A stretch of DNA of 64,000 bases. Source: Escherichia coli. Lineage in GTDB: Bacteria > Pseudomonadota > Gammaproteobacteria > Enterobacterales > Enterobacteriaceae. A program made the position numbers and the translations under genes. The notes under the pieces were generated by a model. It saw nothing but the letters and a program-made list of their open reading frames with translations, was not told where the DNA came from and ran no database searches. Position 1 is the stretch's first letter. Each line of letters opens with the position of its first letter. This document shows, in pieces, positions 9,995-19,242 of this stretch. The stretch lies in the NCBI GenBank assembly GCA_902500205.1, contig GCA_902500205.1_4868.1, one strand, 5' to 3'.

Positions 9995-10313
9995 GTTGGA
10001 AATTTCGAAAGAAGCGTGGAAAAGAAATCTTGATGAATCTTTCGAAGAACGCCGTAAGCTTACGCGATTACTTTCTGAGGAACAGTCTAAGAACCGGAAA
10101 CTCGAAGATGAGCTACGGGATGCCCGACGAGATGCGGATCTGCGTGACAAGATGTTAGGATGGAACCTGGGTGCCCTAATCTATTTCATAGAGCAACGTT
10201 GGGAACCAAAAACACTCCTTGAGTTGCTCTATGAAAAACTCTCCTGTGTAGGTAAACGTTCTGCGGCCATCGAGTATTTCCGTAGTCACGGTTTCGAGGT
10301 AAAAGATGAGTAA
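9912..10313 (+). CDS. coiled-coil protein
   Basis: ATG 9912 five nt after AAGGAGAAAAC; strongly charged heptad sequence (LELELSLSKTELEISKEAWKRNLDESFEERRKL). Confidence 0.5.
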   Translation: MFGLFQEKKQLRRQLEILELELSLSKTELEISKEAWKRNLDESFEERRKLTRLLSEEQSKNRKLEDELRDARRDADLRDKMLGWNLGALIYFIEQRWEPKTLLELLYEKLSCVGKRSAAIEYFRSHGFEVKDE

Positions 10314-10391
10314 ATTAGAGGTTGGCAGGCTGTTCGTTAATCCTTAAAAAACAACAGTTTCAAATTAGTTACGACCATAAGGAGTATTAAA

Positions 10392-11195
10392 ATGTTAAAG
10401 CCACGCAAACAGAAAAGATTACAGTTTGTCAAAATAGTACATCCACAGTCCCATCGTGTTACAGGTGGACGTCTCTACGTGGGTAAACACCGTAGTCGTC
10501 TTATCACCTGGTCGGCAATGGCCAACGTAGCCACCCAACTCCAGGCAATGGTTGAAGACCGTTGCCAGTTAAAAGGGGATTTCTTTCAAGAGAAGAAACC
10601 CTATCGTGATATCTTCCGTACACTAAAGGCGTGCTGGGTACTCAGCTGGGTGCCTGGCCGCGAACAACTTTATTTTCTGCGTAAGTTCCCACGCCCTATG
10701 CCGAAGGAAAACATTAACGTTTTCTTAGACAAACTAAAACGCTTTAATGACATCGGCATAAACGCTAATAAAGAGCAAGTTTCTGCTACAGTAGCAGCCC
10801 GAAAACACTTACGCGATTATGTGGCCGATCGAGATGTTGAGTTCGCTTATATGACGCCGACTGTACCGCTGCTAAACGGTGATGCATTGAAAGCGAAGAT
10901 GGAAGAGATCGCGTTGAAGTTTCCTAACATCAGACACATCGCACCAGACGCGGTACTACAGCTGAACACTGAAGGCTGCACGCGTTTACCGACAGTCTCT
11001 GACACGGTGTTAGTATCAACACCTGATGTTCCTGATGGAAAGTCGTTCCTTGAAATGATAAAGAAACGTACAGAGGGTGGATATCAACCGATCTTTCTGG
11101 ATTCCCTTTCACAACATCCTGAAGTAGAACAAGAATTTAACATGAACACTAACAGCCCTTACGACTCCCTATACAAGGACGATAATGATGCTTAA
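10392..11195 (+). CDS. hypothetical protein
   Basis: ATG preceded by TAAGGAGTATTAAA; 267 aa. Confidence 0.6.
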   Translation: MLKPRKQKRLQFVKIVHPQSHRVTGGRLYVGKHRSRLITWSAMANVATQLQAMVEDRCQLKGDFFQEKKPYRDIFRTLKACWVLSWVPGREQLYFLRKFPRPMPKENINVFLDKLKRFNDIGINANKEQVSATVAARKHLRDYVADRDVEFAYMTPTVPLLNGDALKAKMEEIALKFPNIRHIAPDAVLQLNTEGCTRLPTVSDTVLVSTPDVPDGKSFLEMIKKRTEGGYQPIFLDSLSQHPEVEQEFNMNTNSPYDSLYKDDNDA

Positions 11196-11613
11196 GCCTA
11201 AGAAACGTAAAGATGGTGCGGTCATTTTCTCTCCGAGAATCGCTGTAGCAGTTGGTAAGAAATTACTGGTCCAGGACGGTAAGTGGGTCAGTGACGGATT
11301 CAGTCAGTACACCTCGCTATGCATGTCTTCCGAGATGAATCAGATGCACGGGAAGAAAGTACGTGACCGACGATCTCAGATGCCAAAAGTTATCCGTGTT
11401 GTGGCCGGCTGGTATAAGCGATACATGAAAAAGAACTTCCCACACGCAGCGCCGCCGTTTGAAGAAGGGTCTTTTGTTCGTACAGAACCCACCGAAGCGG
11501 GTGGCGAATTACCGGTGCGTACCGGCACGGCGTATTCGACGCTGACTTCCTTGTGTCGTCAGTCGTACGAAAAGCAGAAGGCGTTGAAGGACACTCTACT
11601 CCACATCAACTAG
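11185..11613 (+). CDS. hypothetical basic protein
   Basis: 142-aa ORF overlapping upstream stop; Lys/Arg-rich N-terminus. Confidence 0.5.
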   Translation: MMLKPKKRKDGAVIFSPRIAVAVGKKLLVQDGKWVSDGFSQYTSLCMSSEMNQMHGKKVRDRRSQMPKVIRVVAGWYKRYMKKNFPHAAPPFEEGSFVRTEPTEAGGELPVRTGTAYSTLTSLCRQSYEKQKALKDTLLHIN

Positions 11614-11650
11614 GATGACGCTTATCCCAAGGGTAGCGAATAAAGCAGTA

Positions 11651-11687
11651 CCCTACTCCTTCGGGAGTAGGGTTTCTTCTTTTTTTG
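11651..11687 (+). terminator. intrinsic terminator (UUCG tetraloop)
   Basis: CCCTACTCC-TTCG-GGAGTAGGG followed by TTTCTTCTTTTTTTG. Confidence 0.75.
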
Positions 11688-11706
11688 CCTAGTCCGATTA
11701 CAATTA

Positions 11707-11740
11707 TTTTCAGATATATATTACTTAGGTGAGAGTTAAC
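11707..11740 (+). promoter_or_regulatory. conserved intergenic motif, copy A (TTTTCAGATATATATTACTTAGGTGAGAGTTAAC)
   Basis: 32 of 34 nt identical to copy B at 59957; followed by palindrome AGAGTTAAcaaTTAACTCT and then a gene with AAGGAG RBS. Confidence 0.4.
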
Positions 11741-11784
11741 AATTAACTCTTATCTAATCGACCATTATCTTAAGGAGTTTTAAC

Positions 11785-12231
11785 ATGTACATTCTGAATA
11801 ACGAACTTACTAAATACGCTAGCAAAAACCCGATTATGATTTCTTTCCTAATCGTGATGGCGGCCAACAAACAAGACCCTAGCGAATTCACTACTGAGGA
11901 CTTCGAAGAGATTATCGCCAACGCCAAAGAAGCCACGTTCCAGACCACAGAACCTACTCGCGACGAGTTCCCTCTAGGTGAAGCCGGCGATGTAATGTTT
12001 AACGACATGATTGCTTCGTACTACATCAATAGACGTGGTATGGAAATCGAATACGACGAACTTCCTACTAGCAGCTTTGCTGAAATGATTCGTGATTATC
12101 GTCGTCAAGTTGTCTCTGACGACATCGTAAAGAAATACATGGCACAAATCAGCCCATTCAGTCTTGAATTCGAAAACCGTGCAATCGCCTTAGCGACGCA
12201 TCGCCTGCGTTTAGAAAAAGAAGTACACTAA
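11785..12231 (+). CDS. hypothetical acidic protein
   Basis: ATG preceded by TTAAGGAGTTTTAAC; 148 aa. Confidence 0.6.
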   Translation: MYILNNELTKYASKNPIMISFLIVMAANKQDPSEFTTEDFEEIIANAKEATFQTTEPTRDEFPLGEAGDVMFNDMIASYYINRRGMEIEYDELPTSSFAEMIRDYRRQVVSDDIVKKYMAQISPFSLEFENRAIALATHRLRLEKEVH

Positions 12232-12292
12232 CAATAACCCGGCGGGCAAAGTCCCGCCAATCAACCTGCAATCTACAAAAAAGGAATATCCC

Positions 12293-12511
12293 ATGCGCAA
12301 CCTCTTCTCCAAATCTGAAATCAAACCTGTTGTTGAAACCACCGCCAAACGTAAGCCTGACATGATTGACCTGCTGCTGAAAATGTCTGCAGCAGAAGCC
12401 AAAGCTTTCATGAAAACAATGAAAGACGGCGATAAAATGATTGACAACGTTGAAGTAACCTACGGTGTTAAAGACCGCCCAAAGAATAACGGCCTTGTGT
12501 GGGTCTGTTAA
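12293..12511 (+). CDS. hypothetical small protein (72 aa)
   Basis: ATG preceded by AAAAGGAATATCCC. Confidence 0.5.
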   Translation: MRNLFSKSEIKPVVETTAKRKPDMIDLLLKMSAAEAKAFMKTMKDGDKMIDNVEVTYGVKDRPKNNGLVWVC

Positions 12512-12532
12512 TCGACGATTGAGGATAAAGTC

Positions 12533-12964
12533 GTGAACGTAATCAAAAAGCTGAACGGCGATACTTTCCATGCTCTGATGCCGAAGGGTGCACGTATTCG
12601 GATAAACAACAAAAACAAACCCTATAAGACGGACTACACGTTCGACACCACTGACCACGCATTCGGTATCTGCGACGAAGGGACGAACGATGTCAAATGG
12701 ATTATCGTGGTATACGAAACGTCTAGTGGGTATAAGTTCTGGGATGCCTATGAACTGCAGAAGGGCTATTGGTGGTATGTCAGTTGGGAAGCTTTCAATG
12801 ACAAGGTATCTTATTCGTGGAACGACTTCCCGCACTTTTGCTGGGATAGTTGGTTTCATGATTGCGGGGATAAGATTTCTGATCTTGTCCAGGAACTCTA
12901 CAAACACTACAAAGAACACAATGGAAACTTCGTCTATCCTGAATGGGAGCAGTCGAAGTCGTGA
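12533..12964 (+). CDS. hypothetical protein (Trp-rich)
   Basis: GTG start after GAGGATAAAGTC. Confidence 0.5.
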   Translation: MNVIKKLNGDTFHALMPKGARIRINNKNKPYKTDYTFDTTDHAFGICDEGTNDVKWIIVVYETSSGYKFWDAYELQKGYWWYVSWEAFNDKVSYSWNDFPHFCWDSWFHDCGDKISDLVQELYKHYKEHNGNFVYPEWEQSKS

Positions 12965-12968
12965 AGAA

Positions 12969-13000
12969 AAGGGAGCTTCGGCTCCCCTTCTTTTTTTGTT
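12969..13000 (+). terminator. intrinsic terminator (UUCG tetraloop)
   Basis: GGGAGC-TTCG-GCTCCC followed by CTTCTTTTTTTG. Confidence 0.7.
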
Positions 13001-13117
13001 TCCTTTTCTTTTTTGTTTGCTCTTGTTCGGATTCTGGTACGCTCTACGCTTTTAATATGCTGGCAGGAGGTCTAAAAATCTTACGACCTCAATAATCCCT
13101 TAACTCGAGTTAACGCG

Positions 13118-13915
13118 ATGTCTTTTACTTCAAAACAGAATCTGCTAAAACTCATCAACGAAGAGAATAAGATAAGCCCACCGCTTACCTTTGACGATGT
13201 TGATATCGGACTGCCGGAGGTTGTGTCAGTAGACGGTCGTGATTCGGAGGTAGTCCTTACCTCGAAGATGCGCGGTGATGAAGGTACGCAAGTGATTGTG
13301 GACTACCATCGTCGTCCATTAGAGGACTACCTTAAAGGCGATGTTGCCTTTGGAGACGAGGACGTGCAAACCACGCACGACTTACTCGCGGCGATTAACG
13401 AGCGTTTTAATCTGTCTATCTTACCTGAGGATATCGAAGATAACCCCATTGATGGACAGACGCACACAGTCGTTGCTGTTGAAACTTCCCACGAGTGGCG
13501 AAGTCAAGCGGTCATCGAGCTGAAACCTGCTACACCTCTGGCAGAAGTAATAACCAATACAGAGTTGAGCGGTCTTCTGTACCCGGATCACCAGGACATC
13601 CAGTTGGGTCAGGCGTATATCTATTCGCGCGACATCGATTGTAGCCACATCTCTCGTTTCCTGAGCCTCTTAGCGGTCGGTATCGAAGTAGATGACACGG
13701 CGTTAGCAATCGAACTCAACAAATGTGTTCCTGAGATTTGGGTGGCTGAAGATACCCCATCCCCGTATAACTTGCGTGGTGCTACTGTCGTATTCGACGG
13801 CGTACCTGCAGACTTACCGGGAGCAAATACGGCGTTCGCGAAAGTCGTGTCAGTGCAACTGACCGATAAATGTACGAACTTCCAGGGCACCCTCAACTTA
13901 CACTTTAACAACTAG
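13118..13915 (+). CDS. family-A paralog 1 (265 aa)
   Basis: Shares the N-terminal family-A pattern (..L..IN..N....P.T.......G.P......GRD...V...) and the C-terminal LHFNN-type ending with its neighbours. Confidence 0.65.
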   Translation: MSFTSKQNLLKLINEENKISPPLTFDDVDIGLPEVVSVDGRDSEVVLTSKMRGDEGTQVIVDYHRRPLEDYLKGDVAFGDEDVQTTHDLLAAINERFNLSILPEDIEDNPIDGQTHTVVAVETSHEWRSQAVIELKPATPLAEVITNTELSGLLYPDHQDIQLGQAYIYSRDIDCSHISRFLSLLAVGIEVDDTALAIELNKCVPEIWVAEDTPSPYNLRGATVVFDGVPADLPGANTAFAKVVSVQLTDKCTNFQGTLNLHFNN

Positions 13916-13925
13916 GAGGGTATAG

Positions 13926-14768
13926 GTGTCTATTTACGATAAGCCCTCGAAAGAGATGTTGTTAGATGCTATTAACCGACAGAACGGATTAACGGCCAAT
14001 CCACTCACATGGGAGCAGGTTGCAACTGGCTTCCCTGAGTCTGTCCAAACGCCTGGCGCTGACCGGAATACGCGTGTGCTCTTATACGGGTTGAACGGCA
14101 AGGGCTACAAAGGCAACGTTACGCTCGAATACGACCGTATCGAAATGGAAATTCTGTTCAGGAACGTAATACCGGTAGTCGTTGCCGACCCGGTAAATAA
14201 ACTCTCTGAGTTGTTGCCGTTTCTGAATGCGAAATACGGCTTGTCTTTAGTTGCCGACGATATCGTTGACCAGTCAGTAAAAGATTTGGGAGAAAGCTGG
14301 TTAATCGATGTGACTATTAAGCCCGGTTGCTTGGCCTGGCAAGGTGGTTTCCGTTTACGCTTTGCGAAGTTCTTCCCGAACTTGGCGGATGTGGTGACGG
14401 ATGTTGACCTCAGCGCAATTATCGCGCCGTTCGTGGTTGCTAGTAAACCACAGGCCGAGTATGTGGCGTATGGTTACGATTGGACTGAACTGCAAAAACA
14501 GTTCACCACCGATTGGGTTTACAACCGTGCAATCACTGCAGCGGATGTTGAGTTGTTGAATGAAGTGGTGCCATTAAAGTTTGCATATGTGACGGGGGCG
14601 AATGCGCAACCTGAACAAATTGCACTCCAAGGTGCACGATTTATGGGGATAACTTCAGTCACACCGAACGATAGTTACAACCCCGATTATCAGCGTGTGG
14701 CGATTATCAAGCTAGCTGCGGACAGCAACTACGCCGGTAATCTCATCCTTCATTATCTCCCGATATAA
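13926..14768 (+). CDS. family-A paralog 2 (280 aa)
   Basis: GTG start after AGGAGG; N-terminus MSIYDKPSKEMLLDAINRQN...ADRNTRVLLYG...YKGNVTLEYDRIEMEILF fits the family pattern. Confidence 0.65.
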   Translation: MSIYDKPSKEMLLDAINRQNGLTANPLTWEQVATGFPESVQTPGADRNTRVLLYGLNGKGYKGNVTLEYDRIEMEILFRNVIPVVVADPVNKLSELLPFLNAKYGLSLVADDIVDQSVKDLGESWLIDVTIKPGCLAWQGGFRLRFAKFFPNLADVVTDVDLSAIIAPFVVASKPQAEYVAYGYDWTELQKQFTTDWVYNRAITAADVELLNEVVPLKFAYVTGANAQPEQIALQGARFMGITSVTPNDSYNPDYQRVAIIKLAADSNYAGNLILHYLPI

Positions 14769-14778
14769 GGATTTTGAC

Positions 14779-15624
14779 ATGCCACTTTTAGCCACAGCTG
14801 TAAAGATTATTATCGCGGAGGTTAACGTCGAAAACAATCTCGATTTAAAAGTCGAGGATGTTGTTTTTGGTGTCCCTGCGATTCCAACGTCTGACGAAGA
14901 CTTGGCAAAAGCTAACGGTCACAACGCGATGGTGCGCATTCAGGCATTGGCCACGGCTAATGCTATCGGTGCCACTACCGTCTATTACGATCGTGTTGAC
15001 TTCGCAGACATGTTTACCGATCCGGACGGGATTCAACCTTTACGTGTTCCTGCGCGTCTCGATGCTGTTTACCAGATGCATGACGTGGTCGGGTTAATTA
15101 ACCAGTATTACGGTCTCAGCCTTAAACCTGCAGATGTGGTGAATACCGAAATCGACAGGAAGACATGGCGTGTGGATCTGATTGCCACGCCCACTTCCTT
15201 AGGTTGGATAGGGCAACAACAGGTACAGCTGTTACCAGGCGATGCGTTGCTTCCTGCAAACTTCGAACCGTTAACAGTGATGCCTTACGAGTATCCGTAT
15301 TTCAACATCAAGGTCGGTCAAGGTGCAGTTTATTCGTATCCCTGGCGCTTTGATAATTTCGCGGAGGAATTTCAACGACTAGGTGCTGCGATAACCACAG
15401 AACGTCTGGCACAGATTCTCAAAACGGTCACCGGTGATAACTGGACAACATACCGTAACCCTATCGACTTTAACCTTCGTGAAGCCGTCGTCGTCTATAA
15501 CGGGCGTAACAAAGCGGAATTACCAACCAACCCAGCAGTCGACAACGTGCTGATTGTGGAGCTGTCGTTGTACTGTCTGAATTTTGGCGGGCGTTTGTAT
15601 TTGCATTACAACGACCCTGATTAA
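14779..15624 (+). CDS. family-A paralog 3 (281 aa)
   Basis: RBS AAGGA; conserved ..YYDRVDFADMF.. segment and C-terminal ..LYLHYND. Confidence 0.65.
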   Translation: MPLLATAVKIIIAEVNVENNLDLKVEDVVFGVPAIPTSDEDLAKANGHNAMVRIQALATANAIGATTVYYDRVDFADMFTDPDGIQPLRVPARLDAVYQMHDVVGLINQYYGLSLKPADVVNTEIDRKTWRVDLIATPTSLGWIGQQQVQLLPGDALLPANFEPLTVMPYEYPYFNIKVGQGAVYSYPWRFDNFAEEFQRLGAAITTERLAQILKTVTGDNWTTYRNPIDFNLREAVVVYNGRNKAELPTNPAVDNVLIVELSLYCLNFGGRLYLHYNDPD

Positions 15625-15645
15625 TCCTGAGTAAAGGAAGTAAGA

Positions 15646-16557
15646 ATGAAACCTTTAAACAAAACGTCCGATAAGCTGGTTCTGGATTTTATTAATGAGA
15701 AAAACCCAGACGCAGAACTGGAACTTTCTAAAATAACGCTCGGCACACCGACCCCTATTAGCGATGAAGGTGCTGATCGCAATACCAGCATGACCCTGAC
15801 TGCGAAAAAGAACTCCGGGTACATCGGTACTCAGGACGTGACTTATAATCGCCTGGAAGGCGGTGCGCTGTTCCGTAATGTAACAGCATACCTCGACGTT
15901 AAACTGCCGAAAACCACCACAGACCTGCTGACGACCCTGAACACCCAATACGGATTGAAGCTGACCGAAGACGATATCGTTCCGGCGGCTATTCCGGAAA
16001 ATACCAACCCGCCGCTGACTAACCCGAACGATCCGGACCCAGCACCGGTTGACCATGTCATTACCTTCAAAGAAGACTGCTACGCTTATCTGGGCAGCAT
16101 CCCGGTTAAAATCGGTGCTAAGCCTCAGGTTGGTGAACGTCTGAGTCTGGTGGTAACACAAACCAAGCTCGACGGCCTGGTTTACCCAGATGGTCCAAGC
16201 GAAGCGAAGGGTCAGGGCTACATCTACTCTTACGGTGTAGACTGCACAGCAATCGCAGCATTCCTGAAAGTACAGGCGAAAGGTGTTATCGCTGGCGACT
16301 CTGCATTCCCGGTTGAGCTGAATAAAGTTGTGCCGGAACTGTGGGTTGCATCTGATGAGCCTGCGGATTATAACCTGAAAGGCGCTAACGTGTTGTATGT
16401 TGGTTCTACTGCTGACGATGGCACTGCTTCAGGCGACGAACCTAAGAAACCGGTTGAAGGTGCAAACACTGCTTACAACCAGGTTCTGCTGCTGCAGCTG
16501 GATGACACTCTGTGCACCAACTTCCAGGGCATCATGTACCTGCACTTTAATGCCTAA
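15646..16557 (+). CDS. family-A paralog 4 (303 aa)
   Basis: RBS AAGGAAG; N-terminus ..KLVLDFINEKNPDA...ADRNTSMTL... and C-terminal CTNFQGIMYLHFNA almost identical to paralog 1 ending. Confidence 0.7.
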   Translation: MKPLNKTSDKLVLDFINEKNPDAELELSKITLGTPTPISDEGADRNTSMTLTAKKNSGYIGTQDVTYNRLEGGALFRNVTAYLDVKLPKTTTDLLTTLNTQYGLKLTEDDIVPAAIPENTNPPLTNPNDPDPAPVDHVITFKEDCYAYLGSIPVKIGAKPQVGERLSLVVTQTKLDGLVYPDGPSEAKGQGYIYSYGVDCTAIAAFLKVQAKGVIAGDSAFPVELNKVVPELWVASDEPADYNLKGANVLYVGSTADDGTASGDEPKKPVEGANTAYNQVLLLQLDDTLCTNFQGIMYLHFNA

Positions 16558-16568
16558 TTAGGCCTCGC

Positions 16569-16610
16569 TGGGAGGAGGAAATCCTCCTCCTGGCTACTCC
16601 TTTCTTTTTT
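16569..16610 (+). terminator. intrinsic terminator
   Basis: GGGAGGAGGA-AAT-CCTCCTCC hairpin followed by a T-run. Confidence 0.6.
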
Positions 16611-16626
16611 GGCCGAGGAGGCTATT

Positions 16627-17466
16627 ATGGCTTTATATAGTCTGTCTCAGCGACAATATCTGTACGATGCGATTAATGCCGAAAACCCGGATGCTGTTCT
16701 ACCGATGGGTTTAGACAATGCTATCATCGGTACGCCGAAAGCAATCACACCGACAGCAAGCGGTGCCAACACCGAGATTATCATTCGTGGTCGTCAAGGT
16801 CGTGGCTATATCGGTCCTCAGACGTTCCGTTATAAGCGCTTGTCGCTGAACGACTTATTTAAGAACATGACACCTCAGGTAACTGCACCGAATGCCTACG
16901 GTTGGTTGAACGTGGAGTCGAAACGTACTGCGTTTGCGCAGAACCTGAACGGTCGTTATGGATTAAACCTGGTTGCAGACGATATCCCAGAACAATACGT
17001 TTATCTGAACGTAAACAACACGATGCGTATTAACGCTAGCTGTATCCAATACACTGGCAGCATCACCTTTATGTCTATCCGGGGTAAGAATAGCCTCGAA
17101 GACCTCGTGGTAAACGACATCTTGTTGGCTTTGAACCACCCTGCAGCAGCAAGCACTGGTAAGAAATACATGGGCTTCTTGACGTACGGGGAAGACTTTA
17201 CCGATGAAGTGCAGGTTATGGCCTCGTTTAAGAACGGGCGAATGGATGTAGGAAGTAACTTTGATTTGGGTTACACGTCCAATCTGATGGCCACATTGGT
17301 CGCACGTGGGGTACCGTCGTTTGATCCGACGAACTGCACAATTACCCGCTACAAAACGAGTGAGTTGGCGACCGCCAATAAAGCGTACGATAACGTATTG
17401 CTGATTACCGGCATTCAGAACGACCCGAAAGTAATCGGCGAGTGTATGTTGCACTACAACAACTAG
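16627..17466 (+). CDS. family-A paralog 5 (279 aa)
   Basis: ATG 16627 after GAGGAGG; C-terminal ..MLHYNN. Confidence 0.65.
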   Translation: MALYSLSQRQYLYDAINAENPDAVLPMGLDNAIIGTPKAITPTASGANTEIIIRGRQGRGYIGPQTFRYKRLSLNDLFKNMTPQVTAPNAYGWLNVESKRTAFAQNLNGRYGLNLVADDIPEQYVYLNVNNTMRINASCIQYTGSITFMSIRGKNSLEDLVVNDILLALNHPAAASTGKKYMGFLTYGEDFTDEVQVMASFKNGRMDVGSNFDLGYTSNLMATLVARGVPSFDPTNCTITRYKTSELATANKAYDNVLLITGIQNDPKVIGECMLHYNN

Positions 17467-17476
17467 GAATTAGCGA

Positions 17477-18364
17477 ATGGCTATTTATCAACCTTCTAAA
17501 GACGTCCTGTTGGCAGCAGTGAACGCACAGAACTCGCTTGCTGTTAAGATGACTGACATCATCTGGTCCACGCCAAAGGACATCCGTGGTACGGAGAAGG
17601 AAACGCTGACTAACCGTAACACGCAAATTAAAATTACGGCAGATGGGGTAACGGGCTCTACCTGGTCGGGTAAGAAAAATGTCTTCTACAACCGCATGAA
17701 AGTCGAAGACTTGTTAGTGCTGATCGGTGACACGTTGGCGATCGGCCCATCCAACGAAACCTTGTATGCGGCCATTCCTGGACTGAACCAACGTTACGGT
17801 TTTGTTCTGGAAGAAGCTGACCTGCAGGACGCAGATATCGAGTGGAACGGTGATAAGACCGAAGGAACTGTGCGCGTTGTTGCACATCCAGAGTCTATCG
17901 GTTGGGTTGGACAGGCGACATTTAAAGTCGTGAAAGGTGATGAGTCGTTAGTCTCTGCAGTCACCACTAACGTCCTGACCGGTCTGAAATACCCGAACGG
18001 TCAGATGGGTTCCGAAACCGTTACTGCGGTCATTGCAGAGGTTTATTCCTACCCGTACAACTTCACTAAGTACCGAGATGCTCTGCTGGCATACAAGCCG
18101 GGTATTCTGTCTGGACAGCCGTTAACGGATATGGTTAACCTGCTGAAAGATATTACGGGTACTGCATGGGTAGCGACCACTTCCGCTTCCTACGGTTTGG
18201 CGGGCGCGGAGGTTATCAGCGTTGGTCTGAATGACCCTGTTGCAATGCCGACAAACGCGAAGTACAAGTATGCGCTGGTGTTGAAACTGCCTGTTACCTG
18301 TACCACCATCGTCGGAACGTTGTATCTCCAGTTCAACGATCTGGACGATCCAAGCGAGGTATAA
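17477..18364 (+). CDS. family-A paralog 6 (295 aa)
   Basis: N-terminus MAIYQPSKDVLLAAVNAQN...NRNTQIKIT...; C-terminal ..LYLQFNDLDD. Confidence 0.65.
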   Translation: MAIYQPSKDVLLAAVNAQNSLAVKMTDIIWSTPKDIRGTEKETLTNRNTQIKITADGVTGSTWSGKKNVFYNRMKVEDLLVLIGDTLAIGPSNETLYAAIPGLNQRYGFVLEEADLQDADIEWNGDKTEGTVRVVAHPESIGWVGQATFKVVKGDESLVSAVTTNVLTGLKYPNGQMGSETVTAVIAEVYSYPYNFTKYRDALLAYKPGILSGQPLTDMVNLLKDITGTAWVATTSASYGLAGAEVISVGLNDPVAMPTNAKYKYALVLKLPVTCTTIVGTLYLQFNDLDDPSEV

Positions 18365-18367
18365 TTG

Positions 18368-19195
18368 ATGATCAACTATGCTAAGCCGTCAAACGAGTTG
18401 GTCTTTGACCTCATTAACCGGGATAACCCAAACCTACCTATTAAAGCGTCGCCGGCAAACTGCTACGTGGAGAAAGTGACACAGGTTCCCGTTAATGCAG
18501 CTTCCAACAACCGCAATACGTCGGCACGCTTGCGCGGTATTCAGGGTTCCGGATTTCGAGACGCAATCACCGTTTATTACGACCGTGTGAACTTAGCGCG
18601 GTTATTGCCGTGGGGTCCTTCTGTCCAGGCGCAGTTCGTCACGTTTGACGCTCCCAACCTCCACTCAGCCTTTTCGGTGCTCTTGGATACTTACGGAGTA
18701 AACTTCTCTGCAATCGATATCTATAACCTCCCACTGGCGGGCCCCAATACCCCAAATTACACCAATACACAGAACATCGTAGCGCTATCGACATCTCCGG
18801 CTTATATCGGTTCTGCGACGTTGCGTTATAACCGTGGTTTACCGGTACTAGACACTTCGGTGAAATCGGATGTCTTGAATGCGATTCAAGAGCCTATCTC
18901 GCCGTCTCTCGGTAAGAAGTGTATTGATTTGTTGACGTACGGTATTGACTTTACCGCGTATAAAAACCTACTGACAGTAGATGCTTCTGGCCTACCGCAG
19001 TGGGCTGGTTTGCGTAAGGTGTTGGATGACCTGGGTATTCCGAACTACGCGGGGCCACTGAACAGTAACACCGTTCAGGATGTGCCGACTTCCACCGCTC
19101 AGTTCGCTAACAAATCGTACGACCGCGTGGTTATCCAAACGGGCATCGATGAGGAAGGCGTGAAAGGCGTGGCGTACTACCACTATAACAGCTAA
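18368..19195 (+). CDS. family-A paralog 7 (275 aa)
   Basis: MINYAKPSNELVFDLINRDNPNL...NNRNTSARL...VYYDRVNLARLL; C-terminal ..YYHYNS. Confidence 0.65.
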   Translation: MINYAKPSNELVFDLINRDNPNLPIKASPANCYVEKVTQVPVNAASNNRNTSARLRGIQGSGFRDAITVYYDRVNLARLLPWGPSVQAQFVTFDAPNLHSAFSVLLDTYGVNFSAIDIYNLPLAGPNTPNYTNTQNIVALSTSPAYIGSATLRYNRGLPVLDTSVKSDVLNAIQEPISPSLGKKCIDLLTYGIDFTAYKNLLTVDASGLPQWAGLRKVLDDLGIPNYAGPLNSNTVQDVPTSTAQFANKSYDRVVIQTGIDEEGVKGVAYYHYNS

Positions 19196-19200
19196 GTGTA

Positions 19201-19226
19201 GGGGCTCTTCGGAGCCCCCTCTTTTG
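19201..19226 (+). terminator. intrinsic terminator (UUCG tetraloop, short T-run)
   Basis: GGGGCTC-TTCG-GAGCCCC followed by CTCTTTTGG. Confidence 0.5.
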
Positions 19227-19242
19227 GCGATGCGGAGTCCCT

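Noticed and set aside
12240-12262. Hairpin CCGGCGGGCAAAGTCCCGCC as a terminator
   Set aside because: GC-rich stem is present but no T-run follows (AATCAACC), so it is more likely an RNA structural or processing element than an intrinsic terminator; not annotated.
12158-12919. 253-aa minus-strand ORF
   Set aside because: Antisense to two plus-strand genes that have good RBSs and sit in a uniformly plus-strand unit; sequence is low-complexity Phe/Val-rich with no start context.
15655-17454. Minus-strand ORFs 15655-16161 and 16963-17454 inside family-A genes
   Set aside because: Antisense shadows of strongly supported plus-strand paralogs; no RBS and no conservation.
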